A DNA stretch of 64,000 nt from an uncultured Anaerolineales bacterium (GTDB taxonomy: Bacteria; Planctomycetota; Phycisphaerae; FEN-1346). Of the stretch, positions 45,607-55,510 are shown in pieces. Under the pieces are notes generated by a model that saw nothing but the letters and a program-made list of their open reading frames with translations, was not told the origin of the DNA and made no database searches. Each line of letters opens with the position of its first letter. The stretch's first letter is position 1. Location of the stretch: contig CAYWVR010000002.1 of the NCBI GenBank assembly GCA_964461715.1, positions 76,453 to 140,452 on the forward strand. The letters are read 5' to 3'. A program made the translations under genes and the position numbers.

Positions 45607-46982
45607 CCGTGCCGCACGCACTCCGAACCGCGATCTCCGCCGCCTATCACGCCCTCGCGCCGGCCCTCCGGCCGCGCGGGTTCATGGGCCGGTTTCGCGC
45701 GGCCCGGGCGGCCCGGGACGGGGCGGAATGGGACCCGCCCGAGGCGGTCTGGGCCCGTCAGCGCGACCGTATCAACGCGCTGCTCGAAACGGCGCGGACG
45801 CACGTGCCGTACTACCGTCGTCTGGCGGCGGTCGGCCGGATCCCCCCCCATATCGAGCGGCCGGAGGACCTCGCCGAGGCGCCGATCCTCACGAAGGCAA
45901 TCATCCGGGCCGAAGGGCGCGACCTGCTGGCCGAGAACTTCCCGCCCGAACGACTCCACGCCACGGCGACCGGCGGCTCGACCGGCGAACCGCTCCACTT
46001 CTGGAACGACGCCGACGCCGTCCTCGCCGCCAACGCCGGCGAAGCCTGGGCCCTGTCCGTTGCCGGCGTCGGCCTGGCGGACCCCGTGGCGTACCTCTGG
46101 GGGGCGGCCCGGTTCGAGCGGGCGATGGGGCGGGACCTCAAGGACCACCTCGTCCAGCTCCTGAACAACCGGTGCGTCGTCGACTGCTTCCACATGAAAC
46201 GCGACGATCTGGCCGCCGCCCATCGCCGGTTCACGCGGTTCGGCCCGGCGGCGCTGCTCGGGTACTCGAGCGCCCTGGTGGAGCTGGCCCGGTACCTCAA
46301 GACCGAGGGCCGCCGCCCGAGCTACCCGGACCGCGCGGTCATCAGCGCGGCCGAGGTCCTCGACGACGTCTCGCGCGAGGTGCTGGAGGAGACTTTCGGC
46401 GGGCCCGTCTTCGACCGGTACGGAAGCCGCGAGATGGGCCTCATCGCCATGGAGTGCGATCGGCATCGGGGCCTGCACGTCGACGCGGAGAACGTTTTCG
46501 TCGAGCTGGTCGAGGCGCCGGACGCGCCGGGCCTTTCGCGCATCGTCGTTACACGGCTGAACCAGTTCAGCATGCCGTTCCTGCGGTACGACAGCGGCGA
46601 CCTGGCCGAGGGCCCCCTCGAGACGTGCCCCTGCGGACGGGGGTACGCGGTGCTCAAGCGCGTCGTTGGACGCGTCACCGAGACGATCCGGTTCCCGGAC
46701 GGCGGCTCGCTGCCCGGCGAGATCTTCCCGCACCTCTTCAAGGACTGCGGGATCCTCTCGTATCGGGTGGTGCAGGCTGAGGACTACGCCGTCGACGTCG
46801 AGCTCGTGCGCACGCCCGACCAGACCGAGGCCCAGGACGCCACCCTCCGCCGCATCGTCCGCGAGCATCTCGGCAAGGACGTGCCGGTGACGTTCCGCTA
46901 CGCCGAGGCGATCGAGCGATCGCGCACGGGCAAGCTCCTGCCCGTCAGCAGCCATGCCCCGCGCGACGGAGGCTCCAGATGA
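45603..46982 (+). CDS. CapK/PaaK-like adenylate-forming enzyme (second of three in window)
   Basis: GTG start overlapping the upstream stop. …HATATGGSTGEPLHFW… is an AMP-binding-like motif. …FLRYDSGDL… (PaaK-type hinge; compare RYRTGD) and the C-terminal …RSRTGKLLPV… are present. Confidence 0.7.
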   Translation: MTVPHALRTAISAAYHALAPALRPRGFMGRFRAARAARDGAEWDPPEAVWARQRDRINALLETARTHVPYYRRLAAVGRIPPHIERPEDLAEAPILTKAIIRAEGRDLLAENFPPERLHATATGGSTGEPLHFWNDADAVLAANAGEAWALSVAGVGLADPVAYLWGAARFERAMGRDLKDHLVQLLNNRCVVDCFHMKRDDLAAAHRRFTRFGPAALLGYSSALVELARYLKTEGRRPSYPDRAVISAAEVLDDVSREVLEETFGGPVFDRYGSREMGLIAMECDRHRGLHVDAENVFVELVEAPDAPGLSRIVVTRLNQFSMPFLRYDSGDLAEGPLETCPCGRGYAVLKRVVGRVTETIRFPDGGSLPGEIFPHLFKDCGILSYRVVQAEDYAVDVELVRTPDQTEAQDATLRRIVREHLGKDVPVTFRYAEAIERSRTGKLLPVSSHAPRDGGSR

Positions 46983-48496
46983 AGGATGCAAGGATGAGCC
47001 ACCCCCGGGTCGCGATGGCGCGAAGCGACGGGGACCCCGCGCGCCCCTACCCCGAGTTCCCCTACGACCCGGGGGAGGCGTACCCGGAGCTCGCGGGGCG
47101 CGGCGTCGGGACAGTCGCCCCGCCCAACCCGGTCTACGCGGCCGTGCGGGCGGCGCTTGCGCGTCTCGGTTTCGACCGGGACCGCGCGGGCTCACCCGAG
47201 TGGGACCCCCTCGGCGACCTCATCGAACCCGGGCAGCGGGTCCTCGTCAAGCCCAACTGGGTCCGCCACGATGCGGCCGACGGCGGGCCGGGGCCGTGCC
47301 TGCGGACGCACACGAGCGTGCTCCGCGCGGTCCTCGATTACGTGCTTCTCGCCTTAAAGGGCGATGGCCGCGTCATCGTCGGGGACGCCCCCCTCCAATC
47401 GGCCGACGGGGGACGCCTCTTCGCCCAGACGCGCATCCACGAACTGCTCGACCGTCTCGACGCCGGCGGCATCGAGATCACGGTCCGCGACTTCCGCGAG
47501 AACGTCTGCGACCTGGACGCGCGCGGCCGCATCGTCGGCCACCGCAAGCTCGACGGCGACCCCGACGGATACGCGACCGTGGACCTCGGCGCGGAGAGCC
47601 TGTTCGGGCCGGTGGACGAGGCCTTCGAGCGGTTCCGCGTCACGAACTACGACCCGGCCGTCATGCGCGCGCACCACGCGCGCGGGCGCCACGAGTACCT
47701 CATCGCCGGATCGGTGCTCGCCTCCGACACCGTCGTCAGCGTCCCCAAGCTGAAGACCCATCGCAAGGCGGGCCTGACGTGTGCCCTGAAGAACGTCGTC
47801 GGCATCAACGGGAGCAAGGACTACCTGCCGCACCACCGCAAAGGCCCCGTCGACGAGGGCGGCGACGAGTACGAAAGACGGTGCGTATGGAAGCGGCTCG
47901 CGTCGCACTGCACGGACCTTGTCGAGTCCGACCCGAGCCCCGGCCTGCGGGCGACGGCCCGGCTGGTCCTTCGCGTCGCGCGGCGGGTGGCCCGAAGCGC
48001 CGCCCCGGACCCGTACACCGAGGGGAGCTGGTTCGGCAACGATACCGTCTGGCGGACCGTGCTGGACCTGAATCGCGTGTTGGTCTTCGCGCGGCCGGAC
48101 GGGACGCTCGCGCCGGAGCCTCAGCGGCGCGTGCTGCACCTGGTCGACGCGATCGTCGCCGGCGAGGGCGAAGGGCCGCTGGTCCCCGACCCGGCGCCGC
48201 TCGGCCTCGTCCTGGCGGGGACGGAGGCCGCCGCCGTGGACGCCTTTGCCGCACGGCTGGCGGGTCTCGACCCGGAGAAGATTCCACTCGTCCGGAACGG
48301 CCTCGCACAGCGCGACGGCCTCGCCGAGAAGATGCGCTTCGTCCGCGACGACGCCGACGCGTCTCTGGCCCTGCATGAGGTCCGGCCCGTGCGCTGTCTC
48401 AGACCGCCCGCCGGGTGGGCCGGACACGTCGAGCTCGAGACCTGCCCCCTCCGCGAGACCGACATTCCGGTGGCCGGCTCGGTCCCCGAGGAGTGA
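46979..48496 (+). CDS. conserved hypothetical cytoplasmic protein (505 aa; possibly DUF362-like)
   Basis: Contiguous with flanking genes (4-nt overlaps) and has coding-type codon bias. The motif …VLVKPNWV… and a Gly-rich segment are suggestive only. No catalytic family assigned. Confidence 0.45.
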   Translation: MKDARMSHPRVAMARSDGDPARPYPEFPYDPGEAYPELAGRGVGTVAPPNPVYAAVRAALARLGFDRDRAGSPEWDPLGDLIEPGQRVLVKPNWVRHDAADGGPGPCLRTHTSVLRAVLDYVLLALKGDGRVIVGDAPLQSADGGRLFAQTRIHELLDRLDAGGIEITVRDFRENVCDLDARGRIVGHRKLDGDPDGYATVDLGAESLFGPVDEAFERFRVTNYDPAVMRAHHARGRHEYLIAGSVLASDTVVSVPKLKTHRKAGLTCALKNVVGINGSKDYLPHHRKGPVDEGGDEYERRCVWKRLASHCTDLVESDPSPGLRATARLVLRVARRVARSAAPDPYTEGSWFGNDTVWRTVLDLNRVLVFARPDGTLAPEPQRRVLHLVDAIVAGEGEGPLVPDPAPLGLVLAGTEAAAVDAFAARLAGLDPEKIPLVRNGLAQRDGLAEKMRFVRDDADASLALHEVRPVRCLRPPAGWAGHVELETCPLRETDIPVAGSVPEE

Positions 48497-48498
48497 TC

Positions 48499-50739
48499 AT
48501 GCCCGCAGGCGACGCCCACATCCTGCACGTCGTCCCCGGCCTGGTTCCGGGCGGCATGGAGCTGACGCTCGTGCGCATCATTCGCGGGCTCCAGGGGCGG
48601 GACGGGTTGCGCCACTCGGTCGTGGCCCTGAAGGGCGACCCGGTCCTCGCGCCCGAGCTTCCGCCGGACGTGCCGGTCCACGGTCTGCGGTCGAGGCCGA
48701 ACGAGCCGGCCCTGCCGTGGCGGCTGTGGCGGCTCATGCGGGAGGTCCGCCCGACCGTCATCCACGCCCGTAACTGGGGCGGGTGGCCGGACGTGGCCCT
48801 GGCGCGACTCGCCCTTTGGCCGCCCGTCCCCCTCATCTTCAGTTTCCACGGCTTCGCCGACCCGCGCAAGACGCCGTTGCGGCGGCGCCTGGCGTTCCGC
48901 GCCCTCAGCCGGATGACTACCTGCCTCTTCACGGTGAGCGAAAACGCCAGGAACATGCTCGTCGAACGGTTCGGCTGGCCCAGGCACCGCGTCGGCATCA
49001 TCCCCAACGGCGTGGACGTCGACCGGTTCCGGCCGGGACCCGTCGCGCGCGAGCCGGACGGGGAAATCGCCATCGGAACCGTGGGAAGCCTGACCCCCGT
49101 CAAGAACCACGCCCTGCTCGTGCGGGCGTGTGCGGCCATGCGAGCTGCCGGCGTCGCGTGCCGACTCCGAATCGCGGGCGAGGGCCCCGAGCGGCGGCGG
49201 TTGGAGGAGCTGGCCCGGTCGCTCGACTATGCCGCCCACCTCGACCTGCCGGGCCACGTCGAGGACGTGCCCGGCTTTCTCCGGACGCTCGACGTCTTCT
49301 CTCTCCCGAGCGCGAGCGAGGCACATCCCAACGCGCTCCTGGAAGCCATGGCCTGCGGCCTTCCGTGCGTCGCGACGCGCGTGGGCGGGGTCGAGGAAAT
49401 CCTGGGGCGAGGGGCCTTCGGACGCATCGTCGAGCCGGGCGACGAGGCGGGTCTTGCAGAGGTTCTGTCGGACCTCGCGGGCGATGCCGAAGCACGAAGG
49501 AAGCTCGAGGCCGCAGGTCGGCAGCGCGTCCGCGACGCCTACAGCCTCGAAGGGATGCTCGAGACGTACGCGGAGCTCTATACGCGGGTCTCCGAGGGCG
49601 GGCTCAGGACGCCCGTCGAGCCCCGCGGCTTCGACCCCGTCGCCAACCGGCCGCGCGTCCTGATGCTCGGGCCGCTCCCGCCGCCCATCGGGGGCATGGC
49701 CACCGTGACGGAGAACCTCCGCACAAGCGCGCTGGCGCGCCGGTGCCGCCTGACGGTCCGCGAGAACGGCAAGGCCACGCCGGAGGGACGGCCCCTGGCC
49801 CGGGGCGTCGCGGCGCAGATGAAGCTGCTGGCGGACGTCGCGGGCCTCATCGTCCGCGGGCGGTCGCGGATCGTGCACTTCCAGACGTGCGCCCTGTTCA
49901 CCTTTTGGCGCGACATGGTGCACGCGGCGGTCGCGCGCCTCGCGGGGGCCCACGTCGTGTTCCACGTGCACGACGGGACGTTCGAGTCGTTCCTGGGCGA
50001 CGCGCCGCCGCTTAAGAAGGCCCTGCTGTCGCTCGCGCTGCGCGCGGCGTCGCGGGTAATCGTCCTGTCGGAGGAAACGCGTGAACGGCTCGCGCCGCTG
50101 GAACGGCGGGCCCGGTGGGCCGTCGTCTCGAACGGCGTGCCGGTGCCGTCGGCCGCCGAGACCGAGCGCGCGCCGCGGTTCCTTTTCATGGGGAACCTGA
50201 CTCGCCGCAAGGGGGCCTACGACCTGGTGGAGGCGACCTCCCGGGCCTTTGCAAACGGGGGCCCGGGGGAGGTGCTCCTGGCCGGCGGGGAGCGCGACGC
50301 GGGCGACCGCCAGGCCCTCCTCGACCACATCGCCGCTTGCGGGTGCGCGGAGCGGGCCCGGCTGCTTGGCCTCATCCAGGGCCCCGAGAAGGAGGCGGCC
50401 CTGGCGTCGGCCGGCGTCCTGGTCCTCCCGAGCTACGCCGAGGGCCTGCCGATGGCGATCCTCGAAGGGATGGCCTACGCCCTGCCCGTCATCGCCACGC
50501 GCGTCGGCGCGGTGCCGGAGGCCGTGGCCGAGGGCGTCGAAGGGTTCCTCATCGAGCCCGGCGACGTCGAAGCCCTGGCCGACCGGATGCGCCGCCTCGC
50601 CGAGGACGCAGCGCTCCGCCGCCGCATGGCCCAGGCCGCCCGCCGCCGCGCCCGGGCGCAGTACGGCATGGACGTGATGGTGGACCGGATTCTGGCCCTG
50701 TATCGCGAGATTCTGACGCCCGACCGAGGCCGCGCATGA
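48499..50739 (+). CDS. tandem double GT4 glycosyltransferase (two complete GT-B modules in one 746-aa polypeptide)
   Basis: Module 1 is …HVVPGLVPGGMEL… to …SEAHPNALLEAMACGLPCVATRVGGVEEIL… Module 2 is …RVLMLGPLPPPIGGMATV… to …YAEGLPMAILEGMAYALPVIATRVGAVPEAV… A GGAG SD precedes the ATG. Confidence 0.8.
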   Translation: MPAGDAHILHVVPGLVPGGMELTLVRIIRGLQGRDGLRHSVVALKGDPVLAPELPPDVPVHGLRSRPNEPALPWRLWRLMREVRPTVIHARNWGGWPDVALARLALWPPVPLIFSFHGFADPRKTPLRRRLAFRALSRMTTCLFTVSENARNMLVERFGWPRHRVGIIPNGVDVDRFRPGPVAREPDGEIAIGTVGSLTPVKNHALLVRACAAMRAAGVACRLRIAGEGPERRRLEELARSLDYAAHLDLPGHVEDVPGFLRTLDVFSLPSASEAHPNALLEAMACGLPCVATRVGGVEEILGRGAFGRIVEPGDEAGLAEVLSDLAGDAEARRKLEAAGRQRVRDAYSLEGMLETYAELYTRVSEGGLRTPVEPRGFDPVANRPRVLMLGPLPPPIGGMATVTENLRTSALARRCRLTVRENGKATPEGRPLARGVAAQMKLLADVAGLIVRGRSRIVHFQTCALFTFWRDMVHAAVARLAGAHVVFHVHDGTFESFLGDAPPLKKALLSLALRAASRVIVLSEETRERLAPLERRARWAVVSNGVPVPSAAETERAPRFLFMGNLTRRKGAYDLVEATSRAFANGGPGEVLLAGGERDAGDRQALLDHIAACGCAERARLLGLIQGPEKEAALASAGVLVLPSYAEGLPMAILEGMAYALPVIATRVGAVPEAVAEGVEGFLIEPGDVEALADRMRRLAEDAALRRRMAQAARRRARAQYGMDVMVDRILALYREILTPDRGRA

Positions 50740-51983
50740 CCCCAACCCACACAACCACCGACCCCCGCCGCGTCCTCGCCATCGTCGGCAACACGCAGGT
50801 CGGCCTGTGGGTGGCCCGGAGCCTGGGCCGGGCGGGCCTCCACGTGGAGGCCGTCGCGACCAGCCCCGACGCGCTCGTCGCGCGCAGCCGCTTTGCGGAC
50901 GGCGTCCACGTCGTCGAGGGCCCGAGCGACGAGGGGGCGTGGATCGACCGGATCGAGGCGCTCGCGCGGGAGCGGGGCGTCGGCAGCATCCTCGCCATTG
51001 CCGAAGCCTACCATGCCGCGCTCATCCGCCACCGCGACCGCTTCGAGCCCGACGTCCACGTCTTCAGCCCGCCCGCCGAGTGCTTCCGCCGGGCCACCGA
51101 CAAGGACGAGATGCACCGCCTCTGCGAGGAGCTGGGCGTGCCCGTCGCGAAGGGCATGACCCTTGACGCCCTTCTCGCCCGGACCGGCGAGGACCCGCTC
51201 CACTATCCCCTGGTCCTTCGGACCCGCAACCAGAACATCGAGACGGGCCGGACCCCGTGGAAAGCCGCCTACGCCCGCGATCGTGCGGAGCTCGAGCGCC
51301 TGGCCGCAGAGGTCGAGGCCATCACGTCGAACGTCCTCGTCCAAGAATACCACGCGGGCGTCGAGGACCATATCCAGGTCCTGATGCACGAGGGCATGCC
51401 GTTCATGGTGGGCGAGTACATCGGCGAGCACCATTTCCCGCTCGCGGGCGGCGTGACGGTGCAGCGGGTCACCTGCCGCCATGAGCCGCTCGAGCGGGAC
51501 GCCGTGCGGCTGCTGGAGGCCCTCCAGTGGGACGGCATCGCGGGAGTCCAGTTCCACTACGACCCGGCGACGGACGAGTACATCTTCCTCGAGATCAACC
51601 CGCGGTTCATCGGCGGGTTGCCGACGGTGATCATGGCGGGCTTCGACGCGCCGTACCTTCTCTGGCAGGGCCGCTTCGAACCCGAGCGGATGGAGCGGAC
51701 GCGGTACCGGCAGGGCATGCGGACGCGGATCATGGGCGGCGATGCGAACTGGATGCTGGGGATGATGCGAGGCGACCCCCTGCCGCCCGACCAGCGTCGC
51801 CTCGGCCGCGCGAGCGCCGCCCTGCGGTTCCTCTGGAACTCGGGGCCATGGACGAAGGACGACGTCTTCTGGTGGCGGGACCCGCGGCCGTTCCTGGCAG
51901 ACCTTCGTCAGATGGTCGCCAAGGTCCGCAGCCGCCGCGTCGACCTCATCGGGAACCCCGAGACCGCGGAGGTCGACGCGTGA
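50736..51983 (+). CDS. ATP-grasp superfamily ligase
   Basis: ATGA overlap with the upstream gene. …YPLVLRTRNQ…LVQEYHAG…GVQFHYDPATDEYIFLEINPRFIGG… matches the ATP-grasp central and C-domain (the E…N pair binding Mg-ATP). Confidence 0.7.
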   Translation: MTPTHTTTDPRRVLAIVGNTQVGLWVARSLGRAGLHVEAVATSPDALVARSRFADGVHVVEGPSDEGAWIDRIEALARERGVGSILAIAEAYHAALIRHRDRFEPDVHVFSPPAECFRRATDKDEMHRLCEELGVPVAKGMTLDALLARTGEDPLHYPLVLRTRNQNIETGRTPWKAAYARDRAELERLAAEVEAITSNVLVQEYHAGVEDHIQVLMHEGMPFMVGEYIGEHHFPLAGGVTVQRVTCRHEPLERDAVRLLEALQWDGIAGVQFHYDPATDEYIFLEINPRFIGGLPTVIMAGFDAPYLLWQGRFEPERMERTRYRQGMRTRIMGGDANWMLGMMRGDPLPPDQRRLGRASAALRFLWNSGPWTKDDVFWWRDPRPFLADLRQMVAKVRSRRVDLIGNPETAEVDA

Positions 51984-52984
51984 AGCCGGGCCTCTTCCTC
52001 ACGTTCGACGTCGAGTGCAGCATGGGCGGCGCGTTCGAGGACCCGTCGGCGCTGCCGGTGCCGCCGGCGCGGGCCGTGTGGGGCGAGTACGGCGGCCGGT
52101 CGCTGGGTCTGGGGCGGATTCTGGAGGTCCTCGGCCGACACAGCCTCAAAGGCACGTTCTTCGTCGAGCCGTTCATGGAGGAGCAGGGCTATCCCGGCGA
52201 GGGCAAGCGGATCACGGACGCCCTCGCCGAGGCCGGCCAGGACGTCGAGCTCCACATCCACCCGTGCCACAGCTTCTACGCGAAGCACCTGCGGGGCGAG
52301 CCGTACCCGCCAACCGACACGATGGCCGACCTGGGGCCCCGGATGCAGACGGCGCTTTTTGCCGAGGGCGCCGACCGCCTGGCCTCCTGGACCGGTCGGC
52401 GCCCGGTGGCGTTCCGGGCCGGCAACATGGGGGCGTCGGAGGCGACGCTCGAAGCCCTGGCCGCGGCGGACCTCGCGCTCGATTCGAGCTACACGTTTCC
52501 CTACGCGGGGGGCCAGTGCCGCTTCCCGCCCGGCGATCCGTACAACGGTTCGCGGCGGTACGGCGAGGTGGTGGAGCTCGCGCTCTCGGGCTTCACGCAG
52601 CCACGTTTCCCGGGCCTGCACCCGGCGAAACCGCTGGACCTGGCGGGCGTCTCGTTCGCGGAGATGCGCGAGGCGACGCTTCGAATCATCGAGGCCGGGG
52701 CCGACGCGGTGATGATCCTTCATCCGTTCAGCCTCCTGAAGGTCCGGAACCTGGCGTATGATGGAGGCCGGCCGGACCGGGTCGTCGTCCGGCGGTTCGA
52801 GCGATTTTGCCGCTGGCTCGACGAGGTGAGGGACACCGTCGGCGCGCGGACGTTCGCGGACGTGGCGACGGCGCTCGCCGACGGACGCGATGAGCCGCGC
52901 GAGGCGCCGCCGCCGCGGCTGGGCCTTGGGCGGGCGCTCATGCGAAAGGCCGTCCAGGCCTGGAACCGGCCGCATTGGACGTGA
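51980..52984 (+). CDS. polysaccharide deacetylase family protein (NodB-like, PEP-CTERM-locus subfamily type)
   Basis: GTG overlapping the upstream stop. LFLTFDVE…SLKGTFFVEP… (NodB motifs 1 and 2: TFDD-like, H-x-x-H region …ELHIHPCH…) and …AFRAGNMG… are present. 334 aa. Confidence 0.7.
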   Translation: MKPGLFLTFDVECSMGGAFEDPSALPVPPARAVWGEYGGRSLGLGRILEVLGRHSLKGTFFVEPFMEEQGYPGEGKRITDALAEAGQDVELHIHPCHSFYAKHLRGEPYPPTDTMADLGPRMQTALFAEGADRLASWTGRRPVAFRAGNMGASEATLEALAAADLALDSSYTFPYAGGQCRFPPGDPYNGSRRYGEVVELALSGFTQPRFPGLHPAKPLDLAGVSFAEMREATLRIIEAGADAVMILHPFSLLKVRNLAYDGGRPDRVVVRRFERFCRWLDEVRDTVGARTFADVATALADGRDEPREAPPPRLGLGRALMRKAVQAWNRPHWT

Positions 52985-53006
52985 GACTCGCGAGTGGGAG
53001 CCGACG

Positions 53007-54386
53007 ATGATGCCGACCGTGGCCCGAACGATCTACCGCCTCCAGGAGCGGGTGCTGAAGCGTCCGACGTTCGCCGTCTTCCGCGAGCTCGAGGCCAGCC
53101 AGCACGGGCCGCGCGAGCGCCGCGAGACGTTTCAGCTCGATCGGTTGCAGTCGCTGGTCGCGGCGGCCCATGCCCACACGCCGTATTGGCGCGAGGTGAT
53201 GGACGCCGAAGGCTTCGGGCCGCACGACATCCGATCGCTCCGGGACGTCGGCCGGTTCCCGCTCCTGGAGAAGGAGACGCTCCGGTCGCGGCGCGAGGAG
53301 ATGGTCTGGCGCGACGAGGGCCCCGGCCTCAAGGTCGTCCGCACAAGCGGGTCGACGAACGAGGCCCTCCAGTTCTATACGAGCGCGTCGCGCGAGGCGG
53401 CGATCAACGCCGCCCGCATGCGCGGGCACCGGTGGATCGGCATCGAGAAGGGCGACCGCGAGGTCTACTTCTGGGGCTCGCCCGTCGAGCTCGACACCCA
53501 GGGCCGCCTCAAGCACTGGCGCGACCGGCTCTGCAACGAGCCCCTCACGAACGGGTTTGAGATCACCCTCGACCGCGTCCGAGACTTCGTCGAGGATTGG
53601 AAGCGCTGGCGGCCGAAGTGCATCTTCGGCTATCCGAACAGCTTCGTCCTGACGGCCCGCATGGCCGAGCAGCTGGACCTCGATCTGACGGTCCTCCGGG
53701 ACCGGGGCCTCAAGTGCATCGCGACCACCAGCGAGATGCTCGGCGAGGTGAACCGCCGCATCATCGAGGAGGCCTTCGGCGTCCCGTGCTACGACTCCTA
53801 CGGCCTGCGGGAGGCGGGCCTGGTGGGCCACGAGTGCCGCGAGAAGGTCATGCACACCATCGACGAGCAGGTGCTCCTCGAGACGATCGACCCGGCCACA
53901 CTCGAGCCGACCGACGGCGAAGGCGAGCTGGTCGTGACGAGCCTGATCAGTCGGGCCATGCCCGTGATCCGCTACCGGACGGGCGACATCGTGACGCTCG
54001 GCGAGGGCCCGTGCGCGTGCGGGTTGGACCTGGGGCGGATCGAGATCAGCGGGGGACGGATCGCGGACTTCGTCGTCACGCGGGCGGGCAAGTGGGTGGC
54101 GGGGTACTTCATCATCTACATCTGCCGCTCGACGCCCGGCGTCGTCAAGTTCCAGGTCCGCCAGGAGCGGATCGGGGCGCTGCGGGTCCTCCTGGTCGTG
54201 GACGAGAACTTCCCCGAGGACGGGTGCGAACGCGTCACACGGGCCGTCGAGCAGCGCCTGGGCGGCGACGACGAGGTCGAGGTCGAGGTCGTCGAGGACA
54301 TCGCCCCGGCCCCCTCGGGCAAGTACCGGCCAGTCATCAGTCGCGTGGCCGAGGAACGGATGGAGACGGGAAAGCCGGGGATGTAG
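53007..54386 (+). CDS. CapK/PaaK-like adenylate-forming enzyme (third in window)
   Basis: …VVRTSGSTNEALQFY…, …YDSYGLREAGLVGHEC… and the hinge IRYRTGDIV are present. Confidence 0.75.
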   Translation: MMPTVARTIYRLQERVLKRPTFAVFRELEASQHGPRERRETFQLDRLQSLVAAAHAHTPYWREVMDAEGFGPHDIRSLRDVGRFPLLEKETLRSRREEMVWRDEGPGLKVVRTSGSTNEALQFYTSASREAAINAARMRGHRWIGIEKGDREVYFWGSPVELDTQGRLKHWRDRLCNEPLTNGFEITLDRVRDFVEDWKRWRPKCIFGYPNSFVLTARMAEQLDLDLTVLRDRGLKCIATTSEMLGEVNRRIIEEAFGVPCYDSYGLREAGLVGHECREKVMHTIDEQVLLETIDPATLEPTDGEGELVVTSLISRAMPVIRYRTGDIVTLGEGPCACGLDLGRIEISGGRIADFVVTRAGKWVAGYFIIYICRSTPGVVKFQVRQERIGALRVLLVVDENFPEDGCERVTRAVEQRLGGDDEVEVEVVEDIAPAPSGKYRPVISRVAEERMETGKPGM

Positions 54387-54388
54387 CC

Positions 54389-55510
54389 CTACTCCGCCCG
54401 CCCGGCCCGCACCAGCGAGGCCAGCGCGCGGCGGATTTTGGACCACCGAAGGGTTTTCAGGCGAGACCACCGAAAATGCGCGAAGATGGGACGCATCGTC
54501 GTCACCCAGAAGTACGCGCGCCGGTAGCGGCCGAGGGTCACCCCGCGCGCAAGGGCCCGGCCGGCGCGGCCGACCATCCGGTCGCCGATGCCGCTCGGGT
54601 CGAAGGTCACGGTCCGGCCCGAGTCGACGACCGGCCGCGGGCGAGCCTCGCAAACCCCGTCCGGGCCCAGCGTCGCCTCCACCAACAGGCCCGTGCGTCC
54701 GCGGCGATCCCAGACGATGCGGTCGCCGCTCGTAAAGGGCACGTCGTCGGCGACGAAGTTGCCGAGCGAGTAGGCGATGGGGACGCCCTCGTGGACCTCG
54801 AAGCCCTGAAGCACGTGAGGATGGTGGCCGAGGACGAGCGACGCCCCCGCCTCGGCGAGGGCCCGGGCGTTGCCAACTTGCCGCGGCGAGGGGATCGGCA
54901 GCCGCTCCTCGCCCCAGTGCAGCGAGACGATGACGTGATCGACCTCCTCGCGCAGCTGCCGCACGTCCGTGGCGAGCCGTTCGACGTCCAGCGGTGCGAC
55001 GCCCGGGCTCTCGGGGCCCGCGAATCGGTTCGGTCCGCTCCGCTCGTCAACCGCGCCGATGAAGGCGAGGCGCAGACCGCGGACCTCGACGAACGCTGGG
55101 GCGGCGGCCTCGGCCCGCGTCTCGCCCGCGCCGAAATGCGCGACGCCCATCTCGTCCAGGAGGCCCCGCAGCTTCCGGAACCCCGCCTCCAGCCCGTCGA
55201 ACGCGTGGTTGTTGGCAAGCGTCACGACCGTGATACCGCTCGCGAGGACCGCGCGGATCGTCTCCGGCGGCACGATGACGCGCGGCTCGGTCGGCACGAC
55301 GCCCGCCCCGGCCTCGACGGTGCATTCGAGGTTCGCAAGGACGCAGTCGTAGCCCCGCCAGAGGAGCGCCAGACCGGCGGCCAGGGCCTCGGCGGCGCGA
55401 AGCGGCGTGCCGTCGGGGGTCGTCGTCAGGAGCAGGTCGCCGACGGCCGCGAGGCGCACCGGCCGCTCCTCGCTCGCTGGGTCGCGTTGGCTCACTCGTC
55501 TCTCCGACAT
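54389..55510 (-). CDS. CapA/PGA_cap-family protein (poly-gamma-glutamate-capsule-synthesis CapA-like, metallophosphatase-fold)
   Basis: MSERR…LAAVGDLLL…TLANNHAFDG…HWGEERLPIPSPRQV…LVLGHHPHVLQGFEVHEGVPIAYSLGNFV… are PGA_cap signature blocks. This is the C-terminal 373 aa of an 811-aa track ORF whose upstream part is antisense artefact. Confidence 0.7.
   Translation of the reverse strand: MSERRVSQRDPASEERPVRLAAVGDLLLTTTPDGTPLRAAEALAAGLALLWRGYDCVLANLECTVEAGAGVVPTEPRVIVPPETIRAVLASGITVVTLANNHAFDGLEAGFRKLRGLLDEMGVAHFGAGETRAEAAAPAFVEVRGLRLAFIGAVDERSGPNRFAGPESPGVAPLDVERLATDVRQLREEVDHVIVSLHWGEERLPIPSPRQVGNARALAEAGASLVLGHHPHVLQGFEVHEGVPIAYSLGNFVADDVPFTSGDRIVWDRRGRTGLLVEATLGPDGVCEARPRPVVDSGRTVTFDPSGIGDRMVGRAGRALARGVTLGRYRRAYFWVTTMRPIFAHFRWSRLKTLRWSKIRRALASLVRAGRAE

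Noticed and set aside
48121-50754. 877-aa minus-strand ORF
   Set aside because: Antisense to the double-GT4 fusion gene, which shows two sets of EX7E GT1 motifs. No motifs on this strand.
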